Assembly: GCF_964355755.1 (NCBI RefSeq)
Contig: NC_092671.1
Span: 35,970,304-36,034,303 of the forward strand
DNA: 64,000 bases
Source: Antedon mediterranea
Taxonomy: Eukaryota; Animalia; Echinodermata
Reading direction: 5' to 3'
Positions 13,073 to 24,800 of this stretch are shown here, piece by piece. The stretch's first letter is position 1. Each line of letters begins with the position of its first letter. Made by a program: the position numbers and the translations under genes. The notes below the pieces were generated by a model. It had not been told where the DNA came from. It made no database searches and saw only the letters and a program-made list of their open reading frames with translations.

Positions 13073-14879
13073 CTGTATGCCTACTGGTTCCAAATTAATG
13101 ACACATTTTGTAGGCCTAACAATACTCCTGTATTTGATTTGTACAGATATCTCACTGATTTAATGGATTTAAGGCAATAATATACAACAATTAATGTTTA
13201 TGAGTGTAATATTACAAATAATGGCATGAGGTGAATGATGAAAGGTTATATATCAATAATGAAAATCAAAAAAAGTACTATTAAACGATCGACCGTAATA
13301 TTGCACGCCATGTGACCCATATTCGTCCAATCAAATGACAGGAATTTATTTAGGTGTTATATAAAATTACATAATCAATGGTGTACGGTATAAGCAACGT
13401 TACTACTAAGGTACTACCACCTACGTAAAGACACATTCACATGACTACTATGGCATTCCTGCTAGATTAATTTTATTGTACACGTGGTTCACATTTCCAC
13501 GGAAAATGTACACGACTGTAATTCATTTATAAGGCAGGGAGAAAATCTTTCACATACCATAACATAACTATTAATTACATTGATGAATTTAATCCCAATC
13601 CATATTTATAACAAGAAAAATGAAATAATACTATAATAGTAGGCCTATTATTATAAATATTATTAGTAGGAAATACAAAACCAGGTATAACAGAGAGACC
13701 ACCATTCCTAAAAGATCGGAAAATTCGTAATGAAAACAAATTCCGAGGAAGACAAATGAGAAATCACTATTCGACATTTTAGTCCTAAATTAAAATAACT
13801 AAATGAAGTGGGTTTGGGTACCGCTGTACCGTATGTCACATAAATCATAAGGCCCAGGGTGTATGAAAGATCACCATACGGTACGGTACTTCTACTACAC
13901 ATTATTCCTCTCTATTAAGTTCACACATTATACACAGTCTGATTTTTTCTTCAATACATTATATACACTACGTAGCTCCAATACCTCACTCAAACCATAT
14001 ATTACATTATCAATACCGGTATCGTATGGCTTTTTAGCAGACAATACAATATTACTATCAATCTTCACTTTTTTTCTACACTGTAGGCTTCTCTATAGCT
14101 GGGTTATCAACCATAGTGACATTCCATCAAGGTAAATAATAGATTTTGACAACTGACTACAATACTTACCAGAAATACACGTTATATCCTTTAGAAAAGG
14201 AACTTCATTAAAATCCAACTTTTAAAAACTCTTCCTCTTTTTATTTAGTACGATAAACGTATATAAAAATCCAGACAAGTGATAATAACACCTTACACAG
14301 ATATAACAAATTGTTCAGTAAAGGCCTACAAACCAATTTTGAGGATTCGTCACAATCTAATGCCAAACACTGTCGATTTTCGATAAAAAGTCGACTTTTA
14401 TGACGCACACTACTGTATTTCCAAATGCATTTACACGATTAACAATTGACTGTGTTATGAATAGGCAACGGTCGCGTCCATTCTTTTAAAACTATGAGTA
14501 ATAATCGACGAGTCCAAATTTCGACTTTTTGTTTGTTTGACGTACGTAAACTATCCCTGGGGTTTGAGCAGACAGTGCGAACTAACAAATATCATTATAC
14601 AATAATTTTTTAATTAAATTAAAAATATATATATTAAATAATATGCCATAATAGGCACGAATTATATTTATATTACTGAAAATAATGGTATTACATTATT
14701 TATACGTATGGGATGCGACAACTCATCCATGTTTTAGATAAATACATTTTTATTTGGTTTTCAAAGTTTTTATTTTTTATCAGGATCAATTTTTTATCAA
14801 CAATAGCCCTCCTACACATTAATCGATGATAGCACTGTGCCCACTTATTATTCTTATGTATCTTTCAATATGAAATATA

Positions 14880-15000
14880 TGTATACTTATTTTATTTGAA
14901 TATTTTACGAGGGTGGTCCATCCAGCCGAAGCTGATCATTAGGGACATTCATAACAATATACACTAGCTAATGACGCTTATAACAAATCAATTCAAAATT
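14880..15000 (-). mobile_element. Non-LTR retroelement 3' tail (CR1/L2-type stem-loop), shared with the SINE at 39956
   Basis: Minus strand gtccctaatgatcagcttcggctggatggaccaccc followed by aataaa. Confidence 0.55.
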
Positions 15001-16800
15001 TTGCTGCCAGCAGATATCCGTAACCCACGCATCCTGTTTTGGCCTACCCATGCAAAGACCCCAGTTACTAAAATAACAGTAAACCAAATCAGGTGATGAA
15101 AGACCATTTTAGATCGTGCTGACGTTTCACCTTTAATACAAATTAAATCGACTCTCACTAATGATTTACAGTTTTCAAAATGGTGTTGTAGAAAAGGCTT
15201 CATACGATTGTTAATAAGCTTCTTGATCTCCAATGAAAAAAGTTTATAAAAGTTAATAAGCTATAGATGGCGCTGTAACAATTGTCATGCAATTTTAACA
15301 ATTAGCTTTGTCACCTTATCTTTACTCCTTATTATTTAATGATCCACGCAATCAACACGGAAACTTACAGATTGCTCAATTTACACATTTTAAATTAAAT
15401 TAGTTGAATGTCCTTTAATAATAATCACGTTTTCAAAGCGCACAAACAGAGCATTAGTTGTGTGGTTTTGGAGCGCTGATGTGGATATTGGGTTGGCCAC
15501 ATAGCAGACAAATGAGGCTATGTACAAACAAATACAACCGTATTATAGTAGTCAGTTTAAACTGGAAGCCTTCTAACAAAATAAGCATATGCTTAATTAC
15601 AGACTCAACGGGAGAGAACGTAAACAACACTGAACTGGTTAATTGAAAAAAAAGAAGAAAACAAGAACAATATATTCCAAATTTATTAGTCTACGTTGTT
15701 ATCTATCACAAACAGTGAGAGTAAGCGACAGATATATGTAGTACTACATATTGTTTTCTCTATTATAGGCTTACATAGAGAAAAATACAATGATTGTATA
15801 CTGTATACTTTTGAATTGTCTTATTGTTTGTACTGATAAACTTTAAGAAAAAAACTTTAAAATTTCGCCTGCTACTTTCCATATCTACACCTACGTGAAA
15901 TTTCCGGTAACATCGGCAAGAGTCACGAAATTAAGGGAAAGTATTATAACTAGGTCTATTATATCACAGCTTAGCCAGTAACAACACATTGCATTTAATT
16001 CGGCCTATGCACAAGATATACTTACCAAAACGTGTTTGACAAAACAGAAATTCATTGAGGCCTTATGATTAATTATTTTCAAGTAAACATTGAGCTATGT
16101 GTGTAAACTCGAATGCCATTCAACGAATATCAACAACATAAATAGTAATTAATTAACACAATGATGTATTTATAATGACAGACGTTGTATCAATATCACG
16201 TGATTGTTGAATAGTATCATTATTCACGCCAATGCGTTTCTGATGTATAGATGTTACAGTACGTCACAAGTTACCAATTCCAAATAGCTGTCTGATTTCA
16301 CTTTAATCATGTTATTCAAATAATCAGAAAATGAAACAGAAAAACATTTATGACGAAAGTAAAATCGTGTTTTTATTTAATTAACTACATATACGGCTTA
16401 TCAACATCGACGATAAACGGTTTCTATATTTGTGTAATTGATCGTAAATTGTTGTTGATTTAAGAAATAGTATAGTCCTCTCAGAACTGATTTGTTCACG
16501 TCAATAGAACCGCTCCTTCCGATATGTCAATGTATTTCCCGGAAATTTAAATAATGATACAAAAATTAAAAATAACTTATCACTTAACCCATCACGTTTA
16601 CTTTACTTGCAGTTCACTATCAGGGATAATTATGCCCAAAATATACTTATTATATTTGTGACGTAAAATACTAACTGAATCAATATCTAACCGGCGACTA
16701 TTGCACGCTGTAAGTTACTCAACGTAAGCTCTGTCACTATCAAACTAGTTTTACAAAAAAAGTGTGATGTGCCCAAATATGGTAGTGGTATAGCCAAATA

Positions 16801-18734
16801 TACGGTGGCCCACAACTGTCACGCACACTATAACACAGAATCACACAATTAAAGAAGGAATTACACAATTAAAGAAGGAATCACACAATTAAAGAAGAAA
16901 TCGCATATAAACAAAAGAAAGCATGCAAATATAAAACGAAATGCACAAATAAAGAAGAAACGCGCAATTAAAGAAGAGCGAAGCACAATTAAAGAAGTCC
17001 GCAACAAATTCGAAAGCTCCTCGCACAATTAAAGAAGTCCGCAACAAATTCGAAAGCTCCTCGCGCAATTAAAGAAGTCCTCAACAAATTCGAAAGCTCC
17101 TCGCACAATTAAAGAAGTCCTCAACAAATTCGAAAGCTCCTCGCGCAATTAAAGAAGTCCTCAACAAATTCGAAAGCTCCTCGCGCAAATAAAGAAGTCC
17201 TCAACAAATTCGAAAGCTCCTCGCACAATTAAAGAAGTCCGCAACAAATTCGAAAGTACCTCGCACAATTAAAGTACAGTAGTCCGTATGGAACGCCATC
17301 GCTGCCTCCGGCAGCAAACTTTAATTCTATTCGGCTCTTTTACCATTACGTTCGGCTCTTTAGCATTCGGCGCATTTCTATTCGGCCCATTTACCATTAC
17401 GTTCGGCTCTTTCAGCATTCGGCGCATTTCTATTTGGCCCATTTACCATTACGTTCGGCTCTTTCAGCATTCGGCTCTTTTTATTCGGCTCATTTACCAT
17501 TACTTTCGGCTCTTTTTAATTCGGCCTTTTTTATTCGGCTCTTTCTGCATTACCTTCGGCTCTTTTAGATTTGGCCCTTTTTTATACGGCCCAATTAAAT
17601 TCTAATCTTTTTACATGGGGTCAAATGGAAGAAAATCAACGGCTGGAAATGAGTCTATGAAAAGTTTACAAAACATATAGATGCAGCATGTAGAGTGTTT
17701 GGTTGGTTGAATTAAATGAATTTGAAGGCTATAATCATTTTATTGACATGATTAATGTGTTAGAGAACTTGCAATTGTCCCACCTTATTGAACATTTTGA
17801 GAGAGAAAAGGTTTGATTTATGGCCTAGGCTAGCTAGGCCTAGCCTAGTGCCAGCCTAACATTTAATAATAATAATTTACCCTTTCTCTCTCAAAATTTG
17901 TTAAAAGATGAATTCATTTTAGGTTATTTAACACATCTTTAATCGGTTGGCTACTCATGGTTGGCACCATGATGATGACATGTTTGTAAACTTTTCATAG
18001 ACTAATTTTCAGTCGTTGATTTTCTTCCATTTGACCCCATGTCAAAGGTTAGATTTTAATTGCGCCGTATAAAAAAATGCCGATTTAAAAAGAGCCCAAC
18101 GTAATGCAGAAAGAGCCGAAATGGTAAATGGGCCGAATAAAAAAGAGCCGAATGCTGAAAGAGCCGAACGTAATGGTAAATGGGCCGAATAAAAAAGAGC
18201 CGAATGCTGAAAGAGCCGAACGTAATGGTAAATGGGCCAAATCGAAATGCGCCGAATGCTGAAAGAGCCGAACGTAATGGTAAATGGGCCGAATAGAAAT
18301 GCGCCGAATGGTAAAAGAGCCGAACGTAATGGTAAAAGAGCCGAATAGAATTAAAGTTTGCTGCCGGAGGCAGCGATGGCGTTCCATAAGGACTACTGTA
18401 CTTTAATTGTGCGAGGTACTTTCGAATTTGTTGCGGACTTCTTTAATTGTGCGAGGAGCTTTCGAATTTGTTGCGGACTTCTTTAATTGTGCGAGGAGCT
18501 TTCGAATTTGTTGCGGACTTCTTTAATTGTGCTTAGCTCTTCTTTAATTGCGCGTTTCTTCTTTATTTGTGCATTTCGTTTTATATTTTCATGCTTCCTT
18601 TTGTTTATATGCGATTTCTTCTTTAATTGTGCGATTTATTCTTTATTTGTGTGATTCCTTCTTTAATTGTGTAATTCCTTCTTTAATTGTGTGATTCTGT
18701 GTTATAGTGTGCGTGACAGTTGTGGGCCACCGTA
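16801..18734. mobile_element. Non-autonomous foldback DNA transposon, IS3EU-like
   Basis: Ends TACGGTGGCCCACAAC / GTTGTGGGCCACCGTA; exact 6-bp TSD caaata at 16795-16800 and 18735-18740; arms inverted almost to the centre (~17837); TAY..RTA ends with a 6-bp TSD are described for IS3EU. Confidence 0.85.
16845..17275 (+). repeat. Subterminal arrays of the IS3EU-like element: ~20-bp cacaattaaagaag units then about seven 40-bp units
   Basis: cacaattaaagaagtcc.caacaaattcgaaagctcctcg repeated; mirrored with three 40-bp units at 18400-18690. Confidence 0.9.
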
Positions 18735-19164
18735 CAAATATGGTAGTGATATGACATCATCATGTCTATGGGCACATCACATGTGTTTGTCACATAAAGT
18801 TTGATAGTGTATGGGTAGACAGAGCATTAAACATATAAAACATAGGCCTACATACGTTATCTTTCTCAATCTTCCCTGGTTATCTAGCCTATACTATATT
18901 ATTATTATTATTATTCAAGGTTTATTTTATTCAATCAAAAAAACAAAAAAAACTGAATTACAACAATCATGACAATTTATAAAAATTGGATACATAATAT
19001 AAAAACATTACACATTAAAATTAACATCTCCATTGATCAACAACATACAATTACAATTTAATTGAATTTACAATTTAAATTTACAATATAAAACTAGGCC
19101 TATCTATCTCCACAATATTGTTCATCTGAATTATACTAGGGTTATATCACAACGCATTCCTTAA

Positions 19165-19296
19165 AGCTTTGTCCACACTATCAAACTTTATGATGTGCAC
19201 ATGATGGATGTCATATCACTATACAATATTTTGGAATATCACTATCATATTTGGGCACATCACACTTGTTTGTAGTTTGATAGTGTGGACAGAGCT
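19165..19296. mobile_element. MITE family A copy with clean TAA TSD
   Basis: taa AGCTTTGTCCACACT...AGTGTGGACAGAGCT taa. Confidence 0.85.
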
Positions 19297-20184
19297 TAAG
19301 CCTGAAAATATAAAGACACAACCAGGGAACAACTTTTAAAATTGTGTATATTTTTTACGTGCACACTTACCTTCAGTGTACTATGGTATAATGGCCTAAT
19401 TTCCCATCAGAATGAGGCAGCAATTACGAGTAAAGCCTCAATCTAATGACACAAAATGCGATATCATTGGAATAATGATATCAAGGCCCACGCCCAAGTT
19501 AAATGCATCGTTAGTGTAGGGTGACAAGCAGTCTCAAAAGGTGCAGACTTTAGCAAGCTACTTAACAGTTCTAAGTGGTCCCTAGAGACTTGTGGGTGAT
19601 ACCTTCCCCTCCCAATTCGGAAAGAATAACAGCGGAAATGTTTGTTTTTCTTGCAGTTTTTAATTTGATGGCAAGTCTTTAGTCTCTCGCGATCCACCCT
19701 TATTATCTAATTAGCCTATGAATTCATAGTAAAATAGTAAAATCATTTGTACCATCCAAAACAACTAATGAATTTCAATTTCATTTCGTAAGACCCCGTG
19801 CAATGAAATCAACATGGGATAAAAAATTAAAATCATTTTCAATAGTTTCAATTATTATTTATGTTTCATATTTAAAGAAAGATAAACTTCCAAAACAGAA
19901 AATATTTATTTTAATTAAACAGAAAATATTATTTAAAGGCCTATATACTCGTTTTGAAGATACAAATAGTTGTATTAGACTACATTTTGTATTTAACACA
20001 TACGCCTATCTATAGCTAAACCTCCGATCACATGTAAGAAAATCCATTATGCGCGCTATCTGAGTTTCCATTTTTTGTTTCAATTATTACTTACGGTAGG
20101 CCTAGGTTTTACATTAAGAAATATAACCTTATGTTTAATGAAGCAAAGCATAACATATTTTAAATGCATAAGCCTACTCTAGTT

Positions 20185-20450
20185 TTGATGTTATAAAGAA
20201 TTGTATACCGACATTGCCGTAATTGGTATTCAACGATTTAAGAAATCACCTGTTCCTACTATAGCTAGACTGTTAAACGAAGTTTATGTTTTGTAATGTT
20301 ATTTTGATGATCTGCTTTTTTAAATATTTTGTATTTTACCTGTTTTTATTATGATTGTATATTTATTTTATAATGTACGACTACGGTCTCAGCCATCGGC
20401 TGTTTGTGTCATTGACTTTTTTGTTTAATAAAGATATATATATTATATAA
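20185..20450 (+). mobile_element. LINE (L2/CR1 group) 3' fragment
   Basis: Reads RFKKSPVPTIARLLN, like the ORF2 C-terminal R..SF.P...RLLN motif, then a T-rich UTR, aataaa and a (TA)n tail. Confidence 0.55.
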
Positions 20451-21103
20451 TAGCTAAACCGGATGCGATGAGGACCCTTCATAAAACGTCACAAAATAAA
20501 CATGAATACTCATTAGTCATATCTATAGCACACATACTAAGAAATAAATTGATTATACGTCGTGCTTTCAAACTGTAGGCCTAGTATATTAACATTTCAT
20601 AATCTGGGCTATATACCGGTACTAAATTCAATATTTCGAGTAGAAGGGTGTGTGTTGTGTTGGGGTGACGGAATGACTATGCAAATTAGTCACAAGTATA
20701 GGAACTGCAGCCTGTAATTTTGTGTAGGCCTGAGTACCAGTAAATGAAGTCAGAGCATTTATCCTCAAAACAACTGCAACATAGCTTTCTATAATTTTGC
20801 CTAACATTTCGATTTGATCTTTCTGATTAATGAAACCGCAAAGACCATTATCAATATGTCCTTCCCCTTTACATCAGTCTCCAGAGCTTTATTTCACGTA
20901 CAGAACGTCCGTCCAACAAACCATCTGGCTAACCTCTACATCCTGATATTAACTCTGTTTTTCCAAAGAAATATTATGAAATAGCTACTCCGAAGGATTA
21001 TGTTCGCTAATACAAACCTTAAGCCTATATGGAAAAAAAATAATATGTTTCAGAGATTCATAAAAATGTATTATTTGAGGTGAAATTATATCAGATGTTT
21101 GGT

Positions 21104-21256
21104 GTCTCTGTCTACACTATCAAACTTTATTTGACAAAAAATGTGATGTGCACATATATGGACATGGTGATGTCATATAAATACCATATTAGGAATATCA
21201 CTATATTTGTGCACATCACACTTTTAGTTAACTAGTTTGATAGTGTAGACGGTGCT
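21104..21256. mobile_element. MITE family A copy
   Basis: ctctgtctacactatcaaacttt ... agtttgatagtgtagac. Confidence 0.8.
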
Positions 21257-21674
21257 TTAAAGAAAGGGTGTTTACTAGTAGAGATGCGGGTCGCAATGTG
21301 TTGGGGTGGTTGATCAACGCGTTAAGTTAGTAGGCCAACGAGTTTCACCCACGCCACACACTTAGTAATACAGACACTAGTTACATAAAAAACATTAGGC
21401 CTATTATCATGCAAGTCGTTGTCTAAACTATATGTCATAAACTGAAATAATTTAATATAATAAAATGCGACGCAAATTGTACATGCATTGTAGTTTTATC
21501 GACCATCATATATAAATTATAAAAAATACATTGACATCAATCAAAGACGGCATATCGTTATAACATGTCTATGTTTTACGTGCACAATCACATGATCTAT
21601 AACTTTAAAATGCTTCCCTGGAGTAAATCATACGTGTATACGCTTAAGATAAAATCGCGCCTACATCTTACAGC

Positions 21675-22045
21675 AGATATAGGCCTACCTACCTGTAATA
21701 ATCGCCAAGAACTTTCCTTAAAACAGGAGCGGAGCCAACAAACTAATTTGAACAGAATCCGGGTTAAATACAACATTTTTTTGGTTATTATTGCAGAAAT
21801 GTACGTGCATTTTACATAGTAAGACTATAATAGGCCGTTGTGTTAACTTTTAAAGTAAGTGGAGTAAATTAGACATCAGAATAATAGGCCTACCTGTAAT
21901 AAACGCCAACAAGTTTCCTTAAAACAGGAGCGGAGCCAACAAACAGACTCCGGGTTGTTAAATTCAACATTTGTTAGTTAATTGCAGAAAATGTACGTGC
22001 ATTTTACCTCGTAAGACTATAATAGGCCTTTGTTTTAACTTTTAG
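21675..22045. repeat. Two-copy tandem duplication (~205 bp period)
   Basis: ataggcctacctgtaataa..cgccaa...ttccttaaaacaggagcggagccaacaaac...gtaagactataataggcc occurs twice. Confidence 0.85.
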
Positions 22046-23438
22046 AAAACATGAATTTCTTCTAACAAAAGATAGGCCTATGTATTATTGAGACTTGAAT
22101 ACACCTTCAAAATGAGATGTAGGCTATACAACGTGGGGCAAATGGATGCAAAACTAAGTTATCGAAATTTTACCAAAGTACTGGGGATATTAAATACATT
22201 ATGCAAAAGTGCAAACATATCTCTATGGTCCAACGGAACCAGCCCCCGGGCACCTCAAAAGTTGCGAATGGTAATCTGTTAGAACGAGTGTTTTTTTAAC
22301 ATTTACTAGGCCAACAAACGTCCTGAAAATTAGCTTTGATAACGCCAGGCCTACTTTCCTGTGTTGAGAAAGGATGGTGTACCGGGTGATAATTCTCAGT
22401 TTTGGCTTTCCAGGAAGTTCAAATCAATCACCAGTCAATCTAGGCCTAATGTACAGACGTTTCTATGCCATTAATAACGCACACAAACGTGGGGAATAAC
22501 ACACTACATAAGTGTTAATTTAATGCTAACCTTTGAACTTATAATCAGTTCAAGCATCCTTTTCTATGTTAGATTAATTGAAATGTTATGTACAATTTAC
22601 AATTAGGCCTATACATACGAAAACATGATCATAATTATTTAAGCGAAAGGAGCCACGGGTAATACCGTCCATTACTAAGTTAACTTAACAAATAATGACA
22701 CTGTATCATGCAATTTGTCTATCATAAAGGACAAAAAAATGACATATTTGGGGCCGGGTTAGCCTCCTACTAAGAATCGGTGACTACCAAGTAGGGCCTA
22801 TGGACGATTATTAGTACGACGAAGTTTTAATTCCAATTGAATTGTGAAAACAGAAAAACAACGATTCAAACGTAATGCAATCAATTTGATGTGTGCAAAC
22901 TACACATTATTTTAAAATTTATTTGAATATCACTAGGCCTATGTCTAAGTACTGTTTAGGCTAATGATTAGGCTTTGTTATTTAAAGTTTTTAGCAGAGA
23001 CTGTATAAGGCCTAGAGTAAGGGTAACCTACGGTTAGACACAAAGGGCGCATGCACTTTACGGGAAATAGAAGTTAAGGAAACTACTGGATGGATTTGAT
23101 AAATTTATATCACTGTCTTCATTATGGTTTCAAAACAGACAAACAAAAATATAAAAGTTCTGTTTATTGCTCCATATCCGAAGTTTGATTTTTAGCAGTA
23201 GGAAAACTCGAGGTATGTTTCCAATTGCGTTTATAGTTTAAATATGTGCCGGCACCAAAACGTTGCATCCTTTATTTGATGTGGGTTGCATTGCGAAACA
23301 CAAGCGACAAGGCTGATACCATTCTCTCCACAGCACAGATTGTCAATTTCCATTTATTTGTTGCTGGATGGGAAGGGCGAAGAGTGCATTTCCCCTTCAC
23401 CATCTTCTTTCTATCGTTGTCAGTATCCTTCTTATTAA

Positions 23439-23636
23439 AGCGTAGTTACCACTAGAACGCAACGCAGCGATGTATTGACGAAAAGTGATGTATTGCGAAA
23501 ATCACAAGTGGGAACCGACGACGCAACAGTGCTGCAAAAATTGCAGGTTTGATTTCACGCAGGTGGGGTAAAACAGAATTATTAGAAGGGAATTTTCTTG
23601 CGTTGCGTAGATTGCGTCGCTAGTGGGAACTAAGTT
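23439..23636 (+). mobile_element. MITE family B copy
   Basis: Colinear with 11676-11888; followed by TTA. Confidence 0.85.
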
Positions 23637-23639
23637 TTA

Positions 23640-23816
23640 AGACCGGTTTACACAGACGCGCGAGCGGTAACGGTAACGGAAAACAGCGTAGCTTGTCCCA
23701 CGTAGAATCTGACCTAAGCGGAAACCGCCCGTTCGCTCCGCCGCGTTGTGTCATGAAGGAATAACACAGATTTTATATTTTTATTACCGTTACCGCTCGT
23801 CTGTGTAAATTGGCCT
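23640..23816. mobile_element. MITE family C (Harbinger-like) abutting MITE B
   Basis: TIRs agaccggtttacacagacg / cgtctgtgtaaattggcct; TTA on both sides. Confidence 0.8.
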
Positions 23817-24186
23817 TTATGGAGAAAAAAAACGTAAAAACTCATTGTTAAATGTCAGCGGTGTTTATCAGAAAATTTTATTACATAAAAAGACAATACA
23901 AGACAGCAATTTGCTGCGACAAGCAATTTCTGAGCCCTGGAATCTCATAAAAGGTCTCATTACTTAAGACGTGATATGATCGACAGACAATAACTTCACG
24001 TTGCGTCAATGAACATATTATGGGCCCGCATTAACATTACGACTAATAACATTGTTTTAACGCATGACGTAAATATGACTTTATCTGTCATGCCGAAAAT
24101 TGGTGATTTCATGTGTAACTATAAGCCAATAAATAAACAAATAAAGTATACAGTATAATCATTATATTTATATATAACAGATCTAA

Positions 24187-24339
24187 AGCTCTGTCTAAAC
24201 TATCCAACTAGTTTGGCAAAAAGTGTGATATGCCCAAATATGGTAGTGATATGCTCAAATATGGTACAGATATAACATCGTCCAATAATGGATACATCAC
24301 ATGTTTTTGTCACATAAATTTGATAGTGTAGACAGAGCT
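24187..24339. mobile_element. MITE family A copy
   Basis: agctctgtctaaactatc ... gatagtgtagacagagct. Confidence 0.8.
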
Positions 24340-24497
24340 TGATATAACCAGTGCTTTGCATTTATGTAGATTTTCGATATTGATCAAGATATTACGATAC
24401 GAAGTGGTGTAAAAGACTACATGAAAATAGAGTAACTTACAAGTCTCTGCTTCAAGTAATTTAGAAGAATCTAGTTACTGTATGTATACGTTGAACA

Positions 24498-24800
24498 GTA
24501 TCATAGGCAAATTCTCTGATACAGTATGACATGTGACACTGTGTTACATAATTTGCCTCCTGTACTGATTTGTTGTATTTGATAAAATGTAGAGATACTG
24601 TATCGGAAATCGGGCGAGCCATTAAGGACACGGAAATATTCAAGTCATAGGCACACAGTATCATAGGCAAATTGTGTTATACAGTGTCATACATGTGACA
24701 CTGTGTTAGAGAATTTGCATGTATATATTTGCTGTACTTTGATAGATGCGGAGATACCGTACAGAGAATCGGGCAAGCCATTAAGGACACGAAGATATTC
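24498..24800. repeat. Diverged two-copy tandem duplication (~160 bp)
   Basis: agtatcataggcaaatt...catgtgacactgtgtta...atcgggc.agccattaaggacacg twice. Confidence 0.8.

Larger units (their letters stand above)
16727..18826. mobile_element. MITE family A copy split by the IS3EU-like insertion
   Basis: Left part 16727-16800 and right part 18735-18826 rejoin into a MITE A. Confidence 0.85.

Noticed and set aside
17288-18387. Mirror-image ORFs MERHRCLRQQ... on both strands
   Set aside because: They are translations of the inverted repeat arrays, with frames differing between arms and no protein-like features.
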